The notes under the pieces: model-generated
Databases searched by the model: none
Told to the model about the DNA's origin: nothing
The model's input: only the letters and a program-made list of their open reading frames with translations
Made by a program: the position numbers and the translations under genes
Shown here: piece after piece, positions 27,907 through 37,255 of the stretch
Numbering within the stretch: position 1 is the first letter of the stretch
How the letters are laid out: the number at the start of each line of letters is the position of its first letter
Origin: Acidilobaceae archaeon
Lineage (GTDB): Archaea; Thermoproteota; Thermoprotei_A; Sulfolobales; Acidilobaceae
DNA length: 64,000 nt
NCBI GenBank assembly: GCA_038824665.1
Contig: JAWBBK010000001.1
Span: 389,844-453,843 of the forward strand
Reading direction: 5' to 3'

Positions 27907-28443
27907 TTAAACTGGACAGAAGAACACGTCGTCTTTGCTCGTAGCCTCTTCTAATGTACAACCCTCTTCAAAAAGAGCATCATTCACTTTGGCTTCTCTA
28001 AGCACCGTTGCTACCAGTTTCGATCTAGTCACTCTTTTCAGCTCTTTAAGTCCTTCGAGCGGATTGTCGAGTAAATTGAGTACTGTGATAGAATAAGTTA
28101 CGTCCACAGACTTCGACGGTAGCGGGATCTCTTCAATAGAGGCTTCTAAAAGCACATAACGCACGTCTAGACTCTCTAGTCTCTCTCTAGCTCTCTTAAG
28201 CATACATGAACTATAGTCTAGACATATATACAAGCTGACGTTTTTGAGAGTTCCAGTGAAATCAAAATATTCAGCTAAGAGAGCAGTGCCACAGCCAGCA
28301 TCTAGCACTATTCCCCAGGGCTTGACCAGCTTTAAAGCAACAAAGTACTTTTCTGCTTGTTCTTCTTTGTATAGTTCATCATAACTCTCGCACGCGATCT
28401 CGTATCTTTCCCTTATGAGCAAAAAGCGAGGGAGTTCTGTCAA
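27907..28443 (-). CDS. Class I SAM-dependent methyltransferase
   Basis: VLDAGCGT, LDYS, IPLPSKSVD. Confidence 0.85.
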   Translation of the reverse strand: MTELPRFLLIRERYEIACESYDELYKEEQAEKYFVALKLVKPWGIVLDAGCGTALLAEYFDFTGTLKNVSLYICLDYSSCMLKRARERLESLDVRYVLLEASIEEIPLPSKSVDVTYSITVLNLLDNPLEGLKELKRVTRSKLVATVLREAKVNDALFEEGCTLEEATSKDDVFFCPV

Positions 28444-30026
28444 GGCTTTGTTGCCTCTGTTCTTTCTAGAAGCCGCTTAGCTTCTTCAATAGCTTTAGGA
28501 ATGTTGTTCAAAACGTCTTGAGGAAATATGTTCTCTCCTTTTTCCTCTACAGCTAGCTCTCCTGCTCTTCCGACTACATAAGCAGCAGCAGCAACTACAT
28601 TGAGAGGGTTAAGAGTAGGAGATAGTGACGCCTTTCTAGCCAAGAAGCTTCCGATAGTTCCAGCGAGCACATCTCCTGTCCCGCCTACTGCCATAGCAGG
28701 ATGACCGGTCACGTTCTTTTTACAAACTGCTTCAGAACTGCATATAACGTCTTCAGGGGCTTTGATTATAACCGTAGCTTCGTATTTAGTCGCTATCTTT
28801 TTCGCTTGCTCTACAAGGTCTGCTTCAGAAGCTCCTGACAAAAGGCGAGCCTCGCCTCTATGAGGAGTGAGGACTACAGAGTTCCATAACTTCAGCTTTG
28901 TCTCAGCCACGATCTTCAAAGCGTCAGCATCTATGACCAAAGGTTTACCTTTAGCTTGTTCTATCACGAAGTCTACTAACCTACGAGACTCTTCAGAGAC
29001 ACCAAGTCCTGGTCCTAACACAATAGCATGAGATTTCTCTATAACCTCCTTAAGAAGTTCTAGATCGCTAGCTCCATGCTCTCGAGGTACTGGAATCAGC
29101 TCTGGATGACATGAAGCTACGTGATGAGCATATGCTTTGGGAAGGTGTACGTACACTAAGTCTGCTCCAGACGCATAAGCCGCCTTAGCCGCTAGCACAG
29201 GAGCTCCTACAAACCTCTCTGACCCGCCTATTACTAAAACTCTTCCTCCATCTCCTTTTTTGGCATCTTTAGGTCTTCTCGGTATCCTAAGAACGTCTCC
29301 AGGTCCTGCATACTCTTCTGCCTCTCGCGGTATCCCGATCTCAGCTACATACACTTCTCCTGAGTATTGTGGTCCTTTGTTTAGAAAAAGTCCTATCTTC
29401 GGTTTATGGAACGTTAAAGTATAATCAGCCTTAACTGCAAGCATGGCATCGCCTGTGTCAGGGTCTAGTCCTGAGGGCACATCTACAGCCACCTTTACTG
29501 CTTTGACTGAGTTGATCGATACGATCGCGTCTCTGACAGTTCCTCTTGGTTCTCCTCTAACTCCTGTGCCCAATACCGCATCTATTATTAGATCAGCTCC
29601 TGAGAGTTCTAACCAACCTCGAGATCCTGGCTTCTTCAGAGAGAGGACTTTTGATCTAAGCACATAATCAAGCATTCTCGGTGTAGCCTTATGGATAATC
29701 GATGAAGGATCGTGAGTTAAATGAACTTCTACACTAATGCCTCTAGACGCTAAAATGCGAGCCGCTACAAGTCCGTCGCCTCCGTTGCCGCCTCTACCAG
29801 CGACTACCGCTACTTTAGAGCCCCGGTCTACGCCCGTAAATACTCTCACAAAATCAGCTAGAGCTTTGCCTGCGTTCTCCATTAAGAGATCTTGATGAAC
29901 TCCCCACCAAGCGCTATTGACCTCTATAGCTACCATATCTTCTGTCGTTATCGCGTCTTTCTCGCTAGCCTTCTTGAAGACGCTAATGGACACTTTATAC
30001 ACCGAGACTTTGAAGTTTATGATCAA
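28440..30026 (-). CDS. nnr: Bifunctional NAD(P)HX epimerase/dehydratase
   Basis: LMENAG, GNGGDG, DAVLGTG, VDVPSG, GPGLG, IDADAL, TPHRGE, GGTGDVLAG; true start may be slightly downstream. Confidence 0.92.
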   Translation of the reverse strand: MIINFKVSVYKVSISVFKKASEKDAITTEDMVAIEVNSAWWGVHQDLLMENAGKALADFVRVFTGVDRGSKVAVVAGRGGNGGDGLVAARILASRGISVEVHLTHDPSSIIHKATPRMLDYVLRSKVLSLKKPGSRGWLELSGADLIIDAVLGTGVRGEPRGTVRDAIVSINSVKAVKVAVDVPSGLDPDTGDAMLAVKADYTLTFHKPKIGLFLNKGPQYSGEVYVAEIGIPREAEEYAGPGDVLRIPRRPKDAKKGDGGRVLVIGGSERFVGAPVLAAKAAYASGADLVYVHLPKAYAHHVASCHPELIPVPREHGASDLELLKEVIEKSHAIVLGPGLGVSEESRRLVDFVIEQAKGKPLVIDADALKIVAETKLKLWNSVVLTPHRGEARLLSGASEADLVEQAKKIATKYEATVIIKAPEDVICSSEAVCKKNVTGHPAMAVGGTGDVLAGTIGSFLARKASLSPTLNPLNVVAAAAYVVGRAGELAVEEKGENIFPQDVLNNIPKAIEEAKRLLERTEATKP

Positions 30027-30039
30027 GATTTAAATCCTA

Positions 30040-30681
30040 TTGAAAGATTATCAGAACGATGGGGTGGCAAAGCTGTTAAAAGCATCTCTAGAACTCCCCC
30101 AGATAGAGGTCCTAAACGAAGTCGTGCTTCCTGTTAGAGAGTCGGCAGTGATAGTAGTCGACATGCAGAACGATTTTGTAAAGCCAGGAGGAAAGCTCCG
30201 AGTGCCTACAGCTGAGGCCACAGTGCCAGCTATAAGTAGGCTTCTCTCTAACGCTAGAGCCAAAGGCGTAAGAGTGTTCTACACTCAAGATACCCACTGG
30301 CCCGGAGACCCCGAATTCGAGATTTGGGGCGAACACGTTCTCTACAAATCATGGGGTTGGCAAATAGTTGACGAACTCAAGCCTACCGAGAGAGACATAG
30401 TGATCATGAAGACAAGATATGACGGATTCTATGGAACTCCTTTAGAAGATCTTTTGAGAGCTTACAAGATCAAATACACGGTGATCGTTGGAACTGTAGC
30501 CAACATATGCGTTCTTCACACAGCAGGAAGTGCTGCGCTTAGAGGCTTTAAAGTAGTAATGCCTATGGATGGTGTAAGCGCATTAAACGACTTCGATTAC
30601 TACTCTGCACTCAGACAAGTCAGCTTTCTCTATAAAGGACTTATAGTCAAGAGCGTTGACGGTATTAAGTTCAGTGATTAA
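30040..30681 (+). CDS. Isochorismatase/nicotinamidase-family cysteine hydrolase
   Basis: VVDMQNDF, DTH, KTRYDGF, GTVANICVLHT. Confidence 0.9.
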   Translation: MKDYQNDGVAKLLKASLELPQIEVLNEVVLPVRESAVIVVDMQNDFVKPGGKLRVPTAEATVPAISRLLSNARAKGVRVFYTQDTHWPGDPEFEIWGEHVLYKSWGWQIVDELKPTERDIVIMKTRYDGFYGTPLEDLLRAYKIKYTVIVGTVANICVLHTAGSAALRGFKVVMPMDGVSALNDFDYYSALRQVSFLYKGLIVKSVDGIKFSD

Positions 30682-30713
30682 CGCTGAAAAAGTCTCGAAC
30701 ATCCTAAACGACT

Positions 30714-30766
30714 GGTGCTGAGGTCAGGGTTAGCTGAGATAGTGATGTATAACTTGGCAAGGCTGA
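30714..30766 (+). ncRNA. Box C/D methylation guide sRNA
   Basis: GTGCTGA (C-like) - GGTCAGGGTTAG - CTGA (D') - GTGATGT (C') - ATAACTTGGCAAGG - CTGA (D); lies between convergent genes. Confidence 0.75.
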
Positions 30767-30770
30767 GAGT

Positions 30771-32132
30771 CTAGATAGAGGTTGGAAATATCGGATAAAC
30801 GTACTCTATTTCTTCTTCTGCCAGATCTTCATCTTTAGCTAAAGAGACGATTAGAGCAATGAAAGATACTGTTGTTGAAATCAATGCACAAACTCTAACA
30901 GCGGAAGCTCCTACTTCATCGGCTACGTCTTCCGATACAGCAGTTATTCGATAATATACGTTCTTCTCGACTCCCGTGACGACTCCCGCTCTGACTAGCA
31001 AGACGTCGGTTATCATATCTCCTTCAAGACTTTTGAGAACACTCTTCTCATCATAACTCGCGCGTCCCGATAGCCAGACCGCTATATAAGTTCCAGCCTC
31101 AGTAACTTCTATGTAGTTATTAAATATTATGTCTGTGATTGTAGAGTTAGGCGCATTCTCTCTCACTAAAACCCCAGCCCACAACAACCTGTTAAAGACT
31201 ACACGAGGACCATCTGCAAGTGGAAGTATAACTTTGTTGTCGGAAAGAGAGTATATAGCTTTGTCACGTTCAGTTAGACCTCCTCTTTGCGTCTCAATTT
31301 CAAAGACGTAAACGCCAGAGAGACTTTCAGCTATGTACATAGAATACATAGCTCCTCCTATTACAATCGCAACCACAATTAAGAGAGCCAGCTTTATCGA
31401 GCGCGATAAACCGGTCTTGCGAACAATGACAAATACAGGCGCTCCTTGAGGAAGTTTTAGCTCTTGAGATCTTCTAGAGAACAACAGTAGAAAAGTCAAG
31501 AGTATTCCAGAAAGGAAGCCACCTACGTGAGCGAAGAACGCTACCCCTCCGCCTCCTGTTCCATAAGAGAGTATGCCAAGAACTACTTGAAAAGCGAGCC
31601 AGGACATGAGAAAATGTCCAGCGTATATCTTGAAGCACATAGGTATTGGAAACAAAATACACATAGATAAGGACCTCTTAGGAAACATCGTTAGATAAGC
31701 TCCGAGGACTCCGCTTATAGCTCCTGAAGCTCCTACTGCCGGTATAACTAAAGCTATAGATCCTGTAAGAGGGATTAGTCCTACGTGAAACGCTGAAGCC
31801 AAAACCCCGCTAGCTAAGTAAAGGATTAGGTATCTGAAAGAATTCAGCCTAACTTCTACATCTCTACCGAAGAACGCTAAGAAGTACATATTGAATAGTA
31901 TGTGAAAGAGATTTGCATGCATAAACATGGCTGTGAAGATCCTATACCACTCGCTAATGTAGAGAAGCTTAGCTGGAGTGAACGCAAACACCTCGATCCA
32001 TTCAGTATCAGCAGTCAGGAAGAGAGTTCGATAAGAAGCTAGCGCATAGACAACAGTGTTTATAAAGACCAGCACGAACGTAATAGGGGTTCTTAAGAAA
32101 ACGCTTATCACAGATCTCTCCCACTCCTGCAA
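30771..32132 (-). CDS. Rhomboid intramembrane serine protease with C-terminal extension
   Basis: WYR, HANLFHILFNM, GASGAI (catalytic Ser), AHVGG (catalytic His). Confidence 0.9.
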   Translation of the reverse strand: MQEWERSVISVFLRTPITFVLVFINTVVYALASYRTLFLTADTEWIEVFAFTPAKLLYISEWYRIFTAMFMHANLFHILFNMYFLAFFGRDVEVRLNSFRYLILYLASGVLASAFHVGLIPLTGSIALVIPAVGASGAISGVLGAYLTMFPKRSLSMCILFPIPMCFKIYAGHFLMSWLAFQVVLGILSYGTGGGGVAFFAHVGGFLSGILLTFLLLFSRRSQELKLPQGAPVFVIVRKTGLSRSIKLALLIVVAIVIGGAMYSMYIAESLSGVYVFEIETQRGGLTERDKAIYSLSDNKVILPLADGPRVVFNRLLWAGVLVRENAPNSTITDIIFNNYIEVTEAGTYIAVWLSGRASYDEKSVLKSLEGDMITDVLLVRAGVVTGVEKNVYYRITAVSEDVADEVGASAVRVCALISTTVSFIALIVSLAKDEDLAEEEIEYVYPIFPTSI

Positions 32133-32210
32133 ACCGTTGAGAAGGGTAAAGAATATGGTGCTGTCTCTAAACGTCCTTCGAGTTTGATAAAGCTTTTAGC
32201 AGAAGCTTCT

Positions 32211-32711
32211 TTAATCAAGTCGAAACACCACGCTTTCGTATCCATTTATCTCCTCTCCTTTAGACACTCTTATTATAGCTACGTTGTCCAGTAGCTCCAC
32301 GCTTCCAGGCGATTCAACGCTTTCGATAACTCCGTCTTCAACTACCCAGAGAACCATATAATCATACTCTGCAACTGTTGACTCATAGAAGTTCTCATAG
32401 ATGTTAAGTCCTTTTCTAGGCTCATAAGGTATTCTGGTAATAAAAGACACGTAGCTTCTCCCATTAGACCAGAACGCTGTTGCTCTCAGAACCTCACACC
32501 TGGTCTCTCTTCCGTTAATGATTATCCGTTCTTCGTCCATGAGTTTTTGCATTTCTATTCTGAGTCTCTCCTCTTCAGCTCGTCTTAAGTTCTCGTTCTT
32601 AACTATGTTAGCATACTCTTCGTCGTCTGAGTACTCAAAGGTTATGATATACCATATGGTGTTTCTCCTCGACACCAAGAAGAAGCCTTCACCGTATACA
32701 GGTTTAACCAT
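32211..32711 (-). CDS. Hypothetical protein
   Basis: 166-aa ORF in a co-oriented run; protein-like composition. Confidence 0.65.
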   Translation of the reverse strand: MVKPVYGEGFFLVSRRNTIWYIITFEYSDDEEYANIVKNENLRRAEEERLRIEMQKLMDEERIIINGRETRCEVLRATAFWSNGRSYVSFITRIPYEPRKGLNIYENFYESTVAEYDYMVLWVVEDGVIESVESPGSVELLDNVAIIRVSKGEEINGYESVVFRLD

Positions 32712-32771
32712 AACCTCAATCCTTTTGGAGCTGTCTAAAGCCTAAGCTATTAAGTTCTGCTTGGATCTTTC

Positions 32772-33476
32772 TCAGATATACGCTCTGCTACCTTTCACTG
32801 TCGATAACGAGAGTTCTTCAAAGAGGTCTCTGGAGTGGTTCAGAAGGGTCAGATAGTCATCTAAAGACAAGAATCCCACTCTGACTAGATAATATATACA
32901 ACTGTCCGATACAACTGCGTTAAATATAGAGAAAGAATCGAGAAGTTTAGCCGCTATCCTAACGTCTCTCGAAGAGAAACCACATGCTCCGTGAGGATGA
33001 GTGTGTAAAATAGCTACAACTCTAACGGGAAGCACTGGAGAAGACCCCCTTTCGCCTTCTAGAACATACATTCTGCCGTCAAGAGCGTAGATGATAGTAT
33101 ACTCGACTCCTGTCAGCTTCGTTCTGAACGACAAGTCTTTGAGTACAGAAGAGTCGAGTCGGACTACCAGCTCGGGAAGAGCTAAATACAGCTCTCTGAG
33201 GCTCGCCGAGCCTACTGGTGGCTTTCGGTTAGCCTTTAGCACAGTTATAGAGAGTCCCGTGTTTTCTATCTCTATTCGCTTCTCTTCCAGGTCATCTACT
33301 CCATAAACCTCGACCTCTAGAGAGCTAGACTCTTCGAGTTCCCAGAGAGGAGGGTAAACGTAGACCTCAGAAGGGTTTAAGTTAGGAGCTGAGTCTTCAA
33401 TATGATATATTAGAGAGGAGACTAAAGCCGCGATCGAGGAGCTTCTAGTGAATTTGACCCACTGTCTCTTCAACAA
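32772..33476 (-). CDS. Hypothetical protein with JAMM/MPN+-like motif
   Basis: GVEY...HTHPHGACGFSSRD matches E-xn-HxH-x7-S-x2-D. Confidence 0.65.
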   Translation of the reverse strand: MLKRQWVKFTRSSSIAALVSSLIYHIEDSAPNLNPSEVYVYPPLWELEESSSLEVEVYGVDDLEEKRIEIENTGLSITVLKANRKPPVGSASLRELYLALPELVVRLDSSVLKDLSFRTKLTGVEYTIIYALDGRMYVLEGERGSSPVLPVRVVAILHTHPHGACGFSSRDVRIAAKLLDSFSIFNAVVSDSCIYYLVRVGFLSLDDYLTLLNHSRDLFEELSLSTVKGSRAYI

Positions 33477-33485
33477 AATCTACCG

Positions 33486-34151
33486 CTAAACTTTGCTGAG
33501 TTCGAAAGAGATATCGCTATCCGAGAGTTCGATCACTGCATAGTAGCCTCTCATAGCTGGACCTGGATTTATTATGAGAGTTCTCCCGATTCTGTCTGCT
33601 CCTCTAGCTTCATGTATGTGACCGCAGACACAGAGCAGAGGTCTAAACTCTTCTATAACTGCTCTTAGCGCATGAGACCCTACGTTGGCTCCAGAAGTTA
33701 TCACATCAACTCTAGTTCCGTAAGGAGGAGAGTGACTTAATATAACGAGCTTTTCAGTGTTTACCGTAGATATAGCGCTCCTTAGCGTCGCCTCTATCTC
33801 GTCTTCTGAGAGTTCGTTTATAGTAAAGAAGGGCGTAGGGGGAGAGCCTCCTATTCCTATCACAACAAAACCGCGTAACTCAAGGGCTCTCCCATGGACG
33901 TTCTCTACTCCTGTAACGCCGTCAAATTCGTTGGGATCATCGACGTTGCCGGGCACGACCAAGACCTTTCTTCCTTCAGACTCTTTGACTATATCCTCAA
34001 GACTTCTCCTAGTATTTCCTATATCATAAGGCGATACGTCACCAGCTATCATGATCACGTCTACGTTATCCACTTTTTTAACGATCTTCTTATAAATATC
34101 TACTCTTCCGTGAATATCCGAGACCGCCAAAATCTTTACTGTCTCACCCAA
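33486..34151 (-). CDS. Calcineurin-like metallophosphoesterase (Icc family)
   Basis: SDIHG, AGD, PGNVD, HSPP, CGHIHE, NPG. Confidence 0.9.
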   Translation of the reverse strand: MGETVKILAVSDIHGRVDIYKKIVKKVDNVDVIMIAGDVSPYDIGNTRRSLEDIVKESEGRKVLVVPGNVDDPNEFDGVTGVENVHGRALELRGFVVIGIGGSPPTPFFTINELSEDEIEATLRSAISTVNTEKLVILSHSPPYGTRVDVITSGANVGSHALRAVIEEFRPLLCVCGHIHEARGADRIGRTLIINPGPAMRGYYAVIELSDSDISFELSKV

Positions 34152-34578
34152 CTCTCTCTATCCCTCCAGGTTCTTCAGAAGGAGACGTGATCTCTGCAGC
34201 TTCGGCTTCTATCGAAGTCTTGAGTTCCTCATCAATGCAGAGAGTCACTATGTATACCTTGTACTCTTCGTATTTCTCTTCGGAGACCATCTTGTTCTCA
34301 AAGCTTACTGTGACTACGGGAAGTCTCACTAAAACTCTATCTTCTGACTCACTGACTGCATTCATTTCTTTGAGGGTTTCAAGAACCGATGGATCTATCG
34401 AGGTCTTGATCTCAAGCACTCTCTCATCTCTGAGCACTATAAAATCGCTTTTAGTGGGGTCCCACTCCTCTACAGCCTTTCTGACAACGTTTTTGATCAC
34501 ATCGATGAAGTTTCCATCTACAAGTCTAGACTCTTTGATCTCTCCGTACTCTGCTCTTACTACTAAGACTTTAGTCAA
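34144..34578 (-). CDS. Conserved crenarchaeal protein (DUF2286-like)
   Basis: KVLVVRAEYG, EWDPTKSDFIVLRD, LPVVTVSFEN; family recalled from memory. Confidence 0.6.
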   Translation of the reverse strand: MTKVLVVRAEYGEIKESRLVDGNFIDVIKNVVRKAVEEWDPTKSDFIVLRDERVLEIKTSIDPSVLETLKEMNAVSESEDRVLVRLPVVTVSFENKMVSEEKYEEYKVYIVTLCIDEELKTSIEAEAAEITSPSEEPGGIERVG

Positions 34579-34834
34579 GACGCAGACCCACTTTCAGTTT
34601 AAGGTTCGCTCCTTTAAGCTTAGTGTGGACACAATATGATAGTCTCGAAGTAGTTCCAGCAGAAATAGCAGTTCTCAAGACCAAAGCTCCAAAAACTTAA
34701 CGGATGTCTGCATTAGTGGTGATGGAATAGAGGTTCGACTTCAATCTCTCCTCAGAGCCTCAGAACTTTTAATAAAAGCTTAAATAGGGGTTCCCACTTC
34801 AAAAATCCCAGACTCTAGAAGGAGGAGAGAAGAA

Positions 34835-35131
34835 ATGGTCTGTGAAGGAGCACCTGAAGTCAGAGTCGGAGCTAAGCCTGTAATGAACTATGTCTTAGCC
34901 ATGTTAACGACCTTAATGGAGCAAGGCTCTGGAAAAGTGGTAGTCAAGGCTCGAGGTAGAAACATAACTAAAGCTGTAGATGCCGTTGAGATCGTGAGAA
35001 CCAGGTTCGCTAAGAACATCAAGATCGAAGGTATCAACATCGGCAGTCAAGAGGTAACCGTAAAGAACCCACAGACAGGCGAAGAAAGAGTTAGAAGAGT
35101 TAGCGGTATAGAGATCTGTATCTCCAAGTAA
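34835..35131 (+). CDS. albA: DNA/RNA-binding protein Alba
   Basis: [34 protein letters not shown]; GGAGG SD. Confidence 0.96.
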   Translation: MVCEGAPEVRVGAKPVMNYVLAMLTTLMEQGSGKVVVKARGRNITKAVDAVEIVRTRFAKNIKIEGINIGSQEVTVKNPQTGEERVRRVSGIEICISK

Positions 35132-35294
35132 GCGTAAGCATAACATCTCTGCTTCCTTTCGCTAAAATCAGCCAGCTAAGTTCTTTGCCGTTCCAGACCT
35201 TCACCACCTTCACTATAAATCAATTCTAGATTTTGAGTTCTAGTCTTAGACCCTAGCGACAGGTTTAAAGTGTTGTTCGCCAGATCTTTAAGAG

Positions 35295-35355
35295 GCTATG
35301 AGCGAGGCCGGTATTGCTGACACCAGCTTGATGAAAGACACCAGAAGCGAGCCGA
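35295..35355 (+). ncRNA. Box C/D-like sRNA antisense to the 16S rRNA helix 18 region
   Basis: TTTAAA at 35264; GCTATGA - GCGAGGCCGGTATTG - CTGA - CACCAGC - TTGATGA - AAGACACCAGAA - GCGA/CCGA; GCTGACAC is the reverse complement of crenarchaeal 515F GTGTCAGC. Confidence 0.65.
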
Positions 35356-35365
35356 ACTTAGAAAA

Positions 35366-36340
35366 CTAGCGTAACCCAAGCTCTGAGAGAAGCTCTAGAG
35401 GTAACCCAGCAGTCTCGGCTGCTTGTCTTAAACAAAGAGGTATGGCCTCTCTTTTAACTAGCTCAGGACATCTCAATATGAAGAACTGCGTCTCTCTCTT
35501 CATTGCCTCAGCTAGACTCAGAGGCTCTGACCTTATGACGTTCTCTGTGAGTAAACATCTAGGACCAGCCCACTTGAATAGCTTGGGGTGAACTCTCATC
35601 AACTCTCTCCACATAAGCCAAGCTATGTGTCTGAGTTCCCATTGAGTTCTTGAGCACATTCGAAGAGGAAGGAACGATTGGATGAGCTCTCGAGCATTCA
35701 TGGTCACCACTATTCTCGTTCTAACTGATCCAGGTATCACATAGCGAGCGTCCTCTATTTTAACCCCTCGCGACAAGAGTTCGTAATACAGAGCTGAAGC
35801 CTTGAGGACAGCTACAGTCCAAAGCTTAGCCTGGTCTTCGCTAAGGGTTGGAGGTCTCACGTAAGCTATCCTAGCTACGTCCTCTGCGTTCACGTCTTCT
35901 CTGCTCGCTAGCTCTTCAAGCGATTTAGAATAGCAACGATAGACTTCTGTCTTGTCTACCTCATCAAGCTTTTCAGAACAATTGTAACCTAGCATTCTTG
36001 AAGCTTTCAGCGCCGCCGATCTCAAATAGCCTTCTGTGTATCTATGACTTTGTTGAGTATAGCTAGCTATTCTGTGTCTCACCAGCTGATGACTCGCTAC
36101 TCTACTAAGCCCGTCGATTATGAAGCTGTAGGTAGAGTGCTCCCAGGGACTGAAGTGTTGTCTCTTAAACGTCTCTAAGATCCACTTCTCTACATCGACC
36201 TCTTCAACAGCTAAGACCTCTTCAACAGGCTTTCGAGAGAGACTCACACGAGCTGCTGCAGCTACTAGCTTCTCTCCATCAACAGTGTAGGAGATTAGCT
36301 TTACTGATATGTCTAGCCCGCTCTCTAGATATCGAGACAA
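35366..36340 (-). CDS. thyX: Flavin-dependent thymidylate synthase
   Basis: HFSPWEH, SRVASHQLVRHRIASYTQQSHRY, EDARY, NAREL, LRMCSRTQWELR. Confidence 0.93.
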   Translation of the reverse strand: MSRYLESGLDISVKLISYTVDGEKLVAAAARVSLSRKPVEEVLAVEEVDVEKWILETFKRQHFSPWEHSTYSFIIDGLSRVASHQLVRHRIASYTQQSHRYTEGYLRSAALKASRMLGYNCSEKLDEVDKTEVYRCYSKSLEELASREDVNAEDVARIAYVRPPTLSEDQAKLWTVAVLKASALYYELLSRGVKIEDARYVIPGSVRTRIVVTMNARELIQSFLPLRMCSRTQWELRHIAWLMWRELMRVHPKLFKWAGPRCLLTENVIRSEPLSLAEAMKRETQFFILRCPELVKREAIPLCLRQAAETAGLPLELLSELGLR

Positions 36341-36400
36341 GCCTGTACCCTCTAGGAGTGGCTGACTGGAGCTTATTGAGTAGAAGACTTTGACGTAAGC

Positions 36401-37177
36401 TCATAAACTTGTCAAGAGGCTCTGGAGAGCTATTACTGTGACTACACCTACCAGAAAGCCTAGAAGAGCTCCTTCTCTGTGTTCAGACGTCTCTCTCATT
36501 ATGTCAGGAACTATTTCTTCAACCACAACGTAAATCATCGCGCCTGCTGCTGTAGCTAGCAGAAAAGGTAGAGCCCATGGGATCAACGAAGGTAGTAAGT
36601 AGCCAGGAAACACGGTTAGAGATTCAATAAGTGAAGAAGCTATTATAACAAGAAGCATAGCGCTTTTCGACATCCCGATAAACACCATAGAAGCGACTAA
36701 ACTCGATGTCTCTACAAAATCATGAACTCCAATAGATATACCTGTAGACACTCCTAGCTCCTTGCTGTGAGCTAGGACAACACCTACTGCAAGACCTTCT
36801 GGAACGTTATGAATTCCCATAGCTATGGCTATAAGCCATACCCTCTTAGGGCTCAATCTCCACCGACCTTCGATAAAACCGCTCACATGTTCGTGAAGCA
36901 GGGATTTGTCGATAGCCCAAACGATAGAAGCCCCTGCAAGTATTCCGCTAGCCGTCGCTATCATGTGGCCTTGGTCGAGTGCGTTCGTCAAGAGGGATAG
37001 GAACGCTATTGAGATCATAACTCCAGATATATAACCTAAGGCGACCTCATTAACCGCTCTAGAAGGCTTAACGTCTAATATGGCTATGATGAGAGCTGAG
37101 ACATTGAATAAGAATATCAGTAAAGCCATGGTCAAAGCGTCCACAGCTGACCCTAGCGACACAACGCTGAAAGGCAA
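36401..37177 (-). CDS. ZIP family metal transporter
   Basis: IHNVPEGLAVG, HDFVE, AAGAMIYVVVEEIVP; hydrophobic. Confidence 0.88.
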   Translation of the reverse strand: MPFSVVSLGSAVDALTMALLIFLFNVSALIIAILDVKPSRAVNEVALGYISGVMISIAFLSLLTNALDQGHMIATASGILAGASIVWAIDKSLLHEHVSGFIEGRWRLSPKRVWLIAIAMGIHNVPEGLAVGVVLAHSKELGVSTGISIGVHDFVETSSLVASMVFIGMSKSAMLLVIIASSLIESLTVFPGYLLPSLIPWALPFLLATAAGAMIYVVVEEIVPDIMRETSEHREGALLGFLVGVVTVIALQSLLTSL

Positions 37178-37255
37178 TTAAGTGCTAAGAGGTCGGTAAG
37201 GACCTCCTCACTTATTTAAGCCACTACCTCTTGAAGCTCGTAGAGGGCTTAGAGG

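Noticed and set aside
34579-34834. GTTCCAGCAGAAATAG in the alba upstream region as an ORB/origin
   Set aside because: Single degenerate copy with no G-string or inverted partner
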